IMG/VR virus record: IMGVR_UViG_3300020043_002188
Span: 1-38,476 of that record
Length of the DNA: 38,476 nt
Strand: one strand, 5' to 3'
Source: a virus
Lineage: Duplodnaviria > Caudoviricetes
Part shown: one piece after another, positions 33,783 to 38,476 of the stretch
How positions within the stretch are numbered: position 1 is the stretch's first letter
Layout of the letters: each line of letters begins with the position of its first letter
The notes under the pieces: model-generated
Databases searched by the model: none
What the model was told of the DNA's origin: nothing
What the model saw: only the letters and a program-made list of their open reading frames with translations
Program-made: the position numbers and the translations under genes

Positions 33783-35967
33783 TCATCTCTCCTTGGGGTG
33801 CCATCATCTCAGGCTGCATTTGTGGTTCTTCCATCTCGGGCATTTCGCGCTGTTGGTTCATGATCATGTTGTCGTTGCTCTCCAGCGCAGCAGCCACGAC
33901 ACCCATAGCGATGTCTTGAATCTGCTGCTCACTCATGCCAGCCTGCACGGCGCTGATACGCTGTGTCTCGGCCTGATATGCCTTGATGTCAGCCTCAAAC
34001 TGCTTGATCTCCAGATCACGGGCTTCCATGCTCTTGTTGACGTTTTGGAGCATGTTGAACATGTTCTCCATTTCAGCGGCCATCGCCTCCATCTGCTGGT
34101 TGGCAGCGGCCAAGGCTGGATCGTCTTCGTCGGCCAGCACTTTGGGGTCGATGGTCTTCTTGAACCGCTTGGCGAGGTCTTGGGCACCGGGCCAGTCCAT
34201 GTTCTTGACGAACAGGTCACCAGCAACTTGCCACAACTGTGGGTTGCCTTGCAGCAACTGGGCCATGCTCTCCAAGGCTTCCTGACGCTTGGTAGCGTAG
34301 CCGGGGCCGGTGATCACGCGCACATCGTACTTGCCGACAGCGGGGTTGTAGATTTTCTCGATCAGCACACCCTCTTGGTCCACGATCCGCTTGACGGGTT
34401 CCTCTTGCATCGGGTTCATTTTGACGGTCGATGGCTCACCATCTTCGCCAATGATGCGAGCAATGCGCTCGGTGTCGTAAATCTTGGGGATCAGGTCCAC
34501 GAGTTGACGGCCAATGTGACGAATCGCACGGGCCAAGTTGTCAACGTAGTGGTAGGTGCCGATGTCGCCTTCGCGCTGGCGGGCCAAGATGGCTTTGCCG
34601 GAACGCTCGTTGCTGGTCATGCCCAGCGATGCGTTGTACTGACCGGTGGCCGACTTGATGTCCTCGGCAGCGCCTGCCTTGGCTTGCAGGAGGCCGCTGG
34701 AGGCCATCGGAGGCTGTGCCCGCTGGGGTAGTGGCAACACAGCGCCTTGACCGTCTGTAACGTCAGGATTGACCTCCAGATAGGGCCAGTTGTTCGTGTT
34801 GGCAGTCTTCCACTGCTGCTCGTAGCCTTCAAACTGCCCGCCGTACCCGATGAACGGGGCTTTGGGGGCCAGCGCCAGCATCTCAGCTTCCTGCGATACC
34901 CAGTAGTTGTACATGCGCTGGGCATCCTTGGCGTTGCGCACCAAGCCCGACACGTACATCTGGCCGTCCACCTCGAACTCGTTGCCGACCACGCGCACCA
35001 CAGGAATGTAGGCACCAGCCCACTCGCGTTCTTCGAGGATGTCGTAACCGTTGATCTTGCACCACTTGACCTTTTTGCGGTCAGCTTCGCGGCTGCGGAT
35101 CGGCTTGCCAAACATCATGCGCAGGGTCTTGTCCTCGGGCGTACCGCTGAACGCAGTCTGGTTGCCGGGGTACAGATTGAGCGTTTGCTTCTCGTACTCG
35201 ATGTAGAAGTACTCGGCGATGCGGATGGTGTTCTCACCAATCCACTGGGCGATGGACTGATCGCCCACGCCAAGGCTCATGAGGGTGCTGATTGGTGCTG
35301 CATCGGGATACATACGCTCGTATTCAGCTTTGGGCAGGTCTTCCGTCACAAAGCACCACTTGGCGTCTGCGCCCGTGGGGTCTTGGATCAGGGGGTCCAT
35401 GTAGACGCTGAAGCTGTTGCGGATGCGCCCGATCTTGATGTCCTGATCGAACGTGTCTTCGTCGCAGTACTCGGTCAGCAGTCGGATGTAGCCTTCGCCG
35501 TAGGACACTTGGTTCTCGCAGGCGGTGTCGTAGGCCACGTCAGCATCGGAGATGTACTCGATGTGGCGAATCACGCCGTTGAACACCTCGGCCACGTCCA
35601 CGTCAGCCTCGTCGTCAGCCGGGATCACTTTGATGCCGGGACGGTTCATGCGCTGCTCGTTTGTCACTTGATGAACGTGCTGCGGCAGCTTGTTGATGGT
35701 CAGGCAGGGGCGGGCGTTGATGGTTTGACCCTGCACGGCACCACGAGTCTGGAGCACGTCAGCAGGCCACTGCCACTGGTTGTCTGGGGAGCCTGCGTAA
35801 AACCGCAGGTCATCGAGTTCGTCTTCCCGAGTTTGGGAAAACGCCGTCATGGCCGTGTTCATGCGTGAACGGGCAACGGTCAAAATTTCCTCGGAACCGC
35901 CTTTTGACGGGTACGGTCCGTTTTTTGCCACATTGGCTGCGGCTACGATTCCGGTGGTGTCTTTCAT
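33769..35967 (-). CDS. Portal protein (P22 gp1-like), 732 aa
   Basis: [36 protein letters not shown] and GKYDV...[10 protein letters not shown] motifs. Confidence 0.93.
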   Translation of the reverse strand: MKDTTGIVAAANVAKNGPYPSKGGSEEILTVARSRMNTAMTAFSQTREDELDDLRFYAGSPDNQWQWPADVLQTRGAVQGQTINARPCLTINKLPQHVHQVTNEQRMNRPGIKVIPADDEADVDVAEVFNGVIRHIEYISDADVAYDTACENQVSYGEGYIRLLTEYCDEDTFDQDIKIGRIRNSFSVYMDPLIQDPTGADAKWCFVTEDLPKAEYERMYPDAAPISTLMSLGVGDQSIAQWIGENTIRIAEYFYIEYEKQTLNLYPGNQTAFSGTPEDKTLRMMFGKPIRSREADRKKVKWCKINGYDILEEREWAGAYIPVVRVVGNEFEVDGQMYVSGLVRNAKDAQRMYNYWVSQEAEMLALAPKAPFIGYGGQFEGYEQQWKTANTNNWPYLEVNPDVTDGQGAVLPLPQRAQPPMASSGLLQAKAGAAEDIKSATGQYNASLGMTSNERSGKAILARQREGDIGTYHYVDNLARAIRHIGRQLVDLIPKIYDTERIARIIGEDGEPSTVKMNPMQEEPVKRIVDQEGVLIEKIYNPAVGKYDVRVITGPGYATKRQEALESMAQLLQGNPQLWQVAGDLFVKNMDWPGAQDLAKRFKKTIDPKVLADEDDPALAAANQQMEAMAAEMENMFNMLQNVNKSMEARDLEIKQFEADIKAYQAETQRISAVQAGMSEQQIQDIAMGVVAAALESNDNMIMNQQREMPEMEEPQMQPEMMAPQGEMNEIR

Positions 35968-36518
35968 TGAAATCGATTCCCTTTGCTCATGTTTTCAACG
36001 GCAGGTATCACTTGCAGGTTCCAAGGAACGTGCAAACCTGACACCGATTTTCCCCGCAAAGGGACAATATGGTCAACATGATAGTCCAAGCCAGCGGAAC
36101 GGAGTGCCGCACAGTATGCGTAAACCGTGTCGAATTCTAGTCGATCTGCGGAAGTAAGCCAATTTGGCATCCGCAAGTCTTTGGCGGCGCGGCGGCGCGT
36201 TGCCGATTCAGCCACCTTGCTCAGATTGGAGCGTTTCCAGTTTTTGGTCGATTGTCGGACCTTTTCGGGGTTGCTTTCCGACCATTTTGTGCGAATAGCT
36301 GAAACCTTGTCTGGGTTTTTCTGCCGCCATTTGTTGACGTGCTTCAAGTGATCCGCTGAGTGATCAGCGTACCATTTTTTAAAAGCATTGTCGGCGCAGA
36401 CACAACAGCCGTAATTCGTAACCTGTCGTTCGGCAACATGTCCATGCTTGCAAGGCGTGTTTGTGAAATAGCGCGGCAAACCCTGCGCCATTGCTTCAGA
36501 CCGGCTGATTACTTTCAT
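35964..36518 (-). CDS. HNH homing endonuclease, 184 aa
   Basis: [11 protein letters not shown]...CCVC N-terminus and [32 protein letters not shown]. Confidence 0.9.
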   Translation of the reverse strand: MKVISRSEAMAQGLPRYFTNTPCKHGHVAERQVTNYGCCVCADNAFKKWYADHSADHLKHVNKWRQKNPDKVSAIRTKWSESNPEKVRQSTKNWKRSNLSKVAESATRRRAAKDLRMPNWLTSADRLEFDTVYAYCAALRSAGLDYHVDHIVPLRGKSVSGLHVPWNLQVIPAVENMSKGNRFQ

Positions 36519-36763
36519 GCGTCAAATACACCAAGCGTGTGCGATTCCCTCATGACAAGCAGGTTATCGCCTTCCCACTTCAAATCCTGACCGATGGAAT
36601 CACCAAATAGCACCTTGTCGCCGACTTTCACGTCTTTGGCGTCTGGGCCAGCGGAGATTACCACACCTGTGCCCGTTTGTTTTTGCTTCAGAAGGATGAA
36701 AAGCTCGTGTTTCTCCATGTCTGGGCGCACGATCAGGCAGTCTTGCAGGGCTTGGAGGCTCAT
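36515..36763 (-). CDS. groES: GroES-like co-chaperonin
   Basis: [11 protein letters not shown]...GVVISAGP...VKVGDKVLF...[11 protein letters not shown] follows the Cpn10 pattern. Confidence 0.85.
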   Translation of the reverse strand: MSLQALQDCLIVRPDMEKHELFILLKQKQTGTGVVISAGPDAKDVKVGDKVLFGDSIGQDLKWEGDNLLVMRESHTLGVFDA

Positions 36764-37209
36764 TTTTCGGGGTCCATTGGAAGTTTAGTTGCAGTTACGA
36801 TGCGCAGGCCAAGATGCTCAGTGGCCCTTTGCCAGCAGCAGGTGTAAACCCGGCAACCAGCAAAAAGAGCCTGCACGGTCGCCAGTGGCACGGGTTGACC
36901 GGCTTCGGAAGCCAGTGCAACGACTTGCTCGGGGTGGCCGGTGCTGTCAGTCGGGCGCGGGCCGGTGCGGTCTTCTTCCGGCGTTGCGTCCCAAATCTCT
37001 GCATCGTGCAGTGGCAGCAGATCAGCGAACGCGCCCCAGATTGACCCCGCGCTGATGTAGTGTGTGGGTGGTCTGCCGCTGTCGGGTGACAGCTCTGTTA
37101 CCCACATGCCCGTGCCTGATTCACCAGGAGCGGCAGCGACTGCAAGCGCCCGGGCCAGGGGCACAAAAGCTGCGGGCACGATCATGACGCGGTGTTGCCA
37201 GTCGTTCAT
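36760..37209 (-). CDS. Hypothetical protein, 149 aa (possible partner of the upstream fibre)
   Basis: ATGA overlaps on both sides; LSPDSGRPPTHYISAG motif. Confidence 0.65.
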   Translation of the reverse strand: MNDWQHRVMIVPAAFVPLARALAVAAAPGESGTGMWVTELSPDSGRPPTHYISAGSIWGAFADLLPLHDAEIWDATPEEDRTGPRPTDSTGHPEQVVALASEAGQPVPLATVQALFAGCRVYTCCWQRATEHLGLRIVTATKLPMDPEK

Positions 37210-38042
37210 ACAACCCCCTGAATGCCAAATTGCTTGGCGAGTGCTTTGCGGATTTTGGTGCGGATGGCGTCGGGCTGGGCGGGGCAGATGAGCAGCGCGA
37301 AATGACGCCCCCGAAATCCATAATCACTCCCGCTACTTGCGTAGGTGCCGATTTTTACACCCTGCCAAGCCGACAAATTGAGATTTGTCGCCTGCACGAT
37401 GGAAATCCCTGCCCCAGCCACCGCTGAATACAAAGCCCCACGCGAAGGGTTCGCAACATTCCCAGCCAGCTGACCATTGACGCTGAATGAAGCATTTGCG
37501 GTGGCTGCCCCATCTTGGCGCTGCGTGGAGCCTGACACGCCTGCATCCAGCGTTGCAAAATACCGCACACCAGCAGACGTGGGGTCATCAACGAGCACCG
37601 CCGTGGTTTCGCCCTCAGCAAGCGAGCAAACAACCCATGCGTCCATCGCGGAGCCAAATGTGCCCGCCGCGAAATTCGTGGCCAAGCTGTCATCAAGACC
37701 ATCGAGGTTGAGGGCAAGACCCGAAGCATCCACTAAGGTTGGCCGCGCCGTGCTTGTTGACTGCGTGGCATTGTTTCCTCTACCAGACAAGTCAACTACT
37801 CGCCCAACCGGTTGTCCAACAGCACTGACCGCAGTTGTACCCGCAGCATCTTGAAACAGTGTGGATGTAGCGCCAACAACACCGAACAAAAACTGCCGAT
37901 CGGATTCAGGCATCCACCAAAGACCCTGCTGACCATTACTGAAAAGCTCGGATAGTTGAAACAAGTTGCCGGGCGACACACCCATTGTCAAAACCGAAGA
38001 AATTGAAACAGATATGCCGTTGCGTGTAGACAAGAAACTCAC
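37206..38042 (-). CDS. Fibre/spike-like protein with LamG-like beta-sandwich, 278 aa
   Basis: TLFQDAAGTT.V...GQPVG...DLSGRGNNATQST...RP...LDGLDD.L pattern recalled from lectin-like phage fibres. Confidence 0.7.
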   Translation of the reverse strand: MSFLSTRNGISVSISSVLTMGVSPGNLFQLSELFSNGQQGLWWMPESDRQFLFGVVGATSTLFQDAAGTTAVSAVGQPVGRVVDLSGRGNNATQSTSTARPTLVDASGLALNLDGLDDSLATNFAAGTFGSAMDAWVVCSLAEGETTAVLVDDPTSAGVRYFATLDAGVSGSTQRQDGAATANASFSVNGQLAGNVANPSRGALYSAVAGAGISIVQATNLNLSAWQGVKIGTYASSGSDYGFRGRHFALLICPAQPDAIRTKIRKALAKQFGIQGVV

Positions 38043-38476
38043 TTACGCCCCCATCCATGAAGTAAAAGTAGCGCCGTTTTGAGCGTTGCGCCGGGTCATT
38101 GTTCGATCATTGTACTCCCGATGTGCCACGGGAAACGCAAAAGTTACGGCAATCGCATCGGCTGCGTCAGGTGAGGCCAGTCCACGGGCTTTCATTTCCT
38201 TCTTGCCTTCCAAAAAGATGGTGCCTGCCGAGTTGGGCTTCTTCATCGGGCCGACCAGATCGCTCTTGAGCAGCCTGTCTTGCGGGATGCTGGCGGTCTT
38301 GAGCCAGTCGCGCATCGCACCCCAAATCTCAGCCCGCTTGTTGCCCCACATGGTGGGGTTCTTGGCTTTCCAGCCGAAGTTGACCCCGCGCACTTTGTAC
38401 TTCTGCTCGGTCAATCTGTCAAGGATGCCGTAGCCCAGACCACCCTCGTCGATCACGGTCAGGGCAGGGCGGTACT
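38043..38476 (-). CDS. terL: Terminase large subunit, 3' part (nuclease domain)
   Basis: IDEGGLGYGILDRL...NKRAEIW...LEGKKEMKARGLASPDAADA; in frame with 1-1229. Confidence 0.93.
   Translation of the reverse strand, partial: YRPALTVIDEGGLGYGILDRLTEQKYKVRGVNFGWKAKNPTMWGNKRAEIWGAMRDWLKTASIPQDRLLKSDLVGPMKKPNSAGTIFLEGKKEMKARGLASPDAADAIAVTFAFPVAHREYNDRTMTRRNAQNGATFTSWMGA
38356..38476. repeat. Terminal direct repeat, right copy
   Basis: Matches 1-121 with one mismatch. Confidence 0.95.

Noticed and set aside
33691-35868. 346-aa and 373-aa plus-strand ORFs
   Set aside because: Antisense to the portal gene.
1-38476. Prophage or lysogeny module, tRNA genes, DGR or retron, alternative genetic code
   Set aside because: I recognised no integrase, host flanks, cloverleaf or reverse transcriptase, and the core genes are intact in the standard code. 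A tRNAscan/Infernal run is still needed to exclude small RNAs.

Overview
The window is an apparently complete, circularly permuted genome of a P22-like podovirus, about 38,355 bp. Bases 1-121 repeat at 38356-38476 and the join splits terL. I recognised no integrase, RNA polymerase, DNA methyltransferase or tRNA, so it looks lytic and dependent on host RNA polymerase; a betaproteobacterial host is only a guess. Layout: (i) a minus-strand late operon running terS, terL, fibre-like gene, GroES, HNH, portal, Dps-like protein, tailspike module, scaffold, coat, tail hub, ejection proteins and lysis genes; (ii) a control region at 2154-2852 with a consensus sigma70 promoter and an ACCC-N3-GGGT motif array; (iii) a plus-strand array of small early genes with repeated leaders (2853-5493), including a Cys-rich radical-SAM-like protein and an HTH/AT-hook regulator; (iv) a 34-bp tandem repeat; (v) a replication module with prim-pol/DUF3987, RHH regulator, DUF2800 nuclease, DUF2815 SSB, family-B polymerase, HNH, VRR-NUC, SNF2 helicase, MazG-like protein and glutaredoxin. 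The strongest unexplained signal is a sharply bounded 3.2-kb compartment (about 2280-5495) with inverted motif usage. By eye it holds about 38 CCWGG and about 60 GATC sites but only about 7 GAG/CTC trinucleotides, whereas the other 35 kb holds only 2 CCWGG and uses GAG/CTC freely. I infer a first-injected leader module shaped by host methylation and restriction. All counts are manual and all family assignments come from motif recall, not searches.
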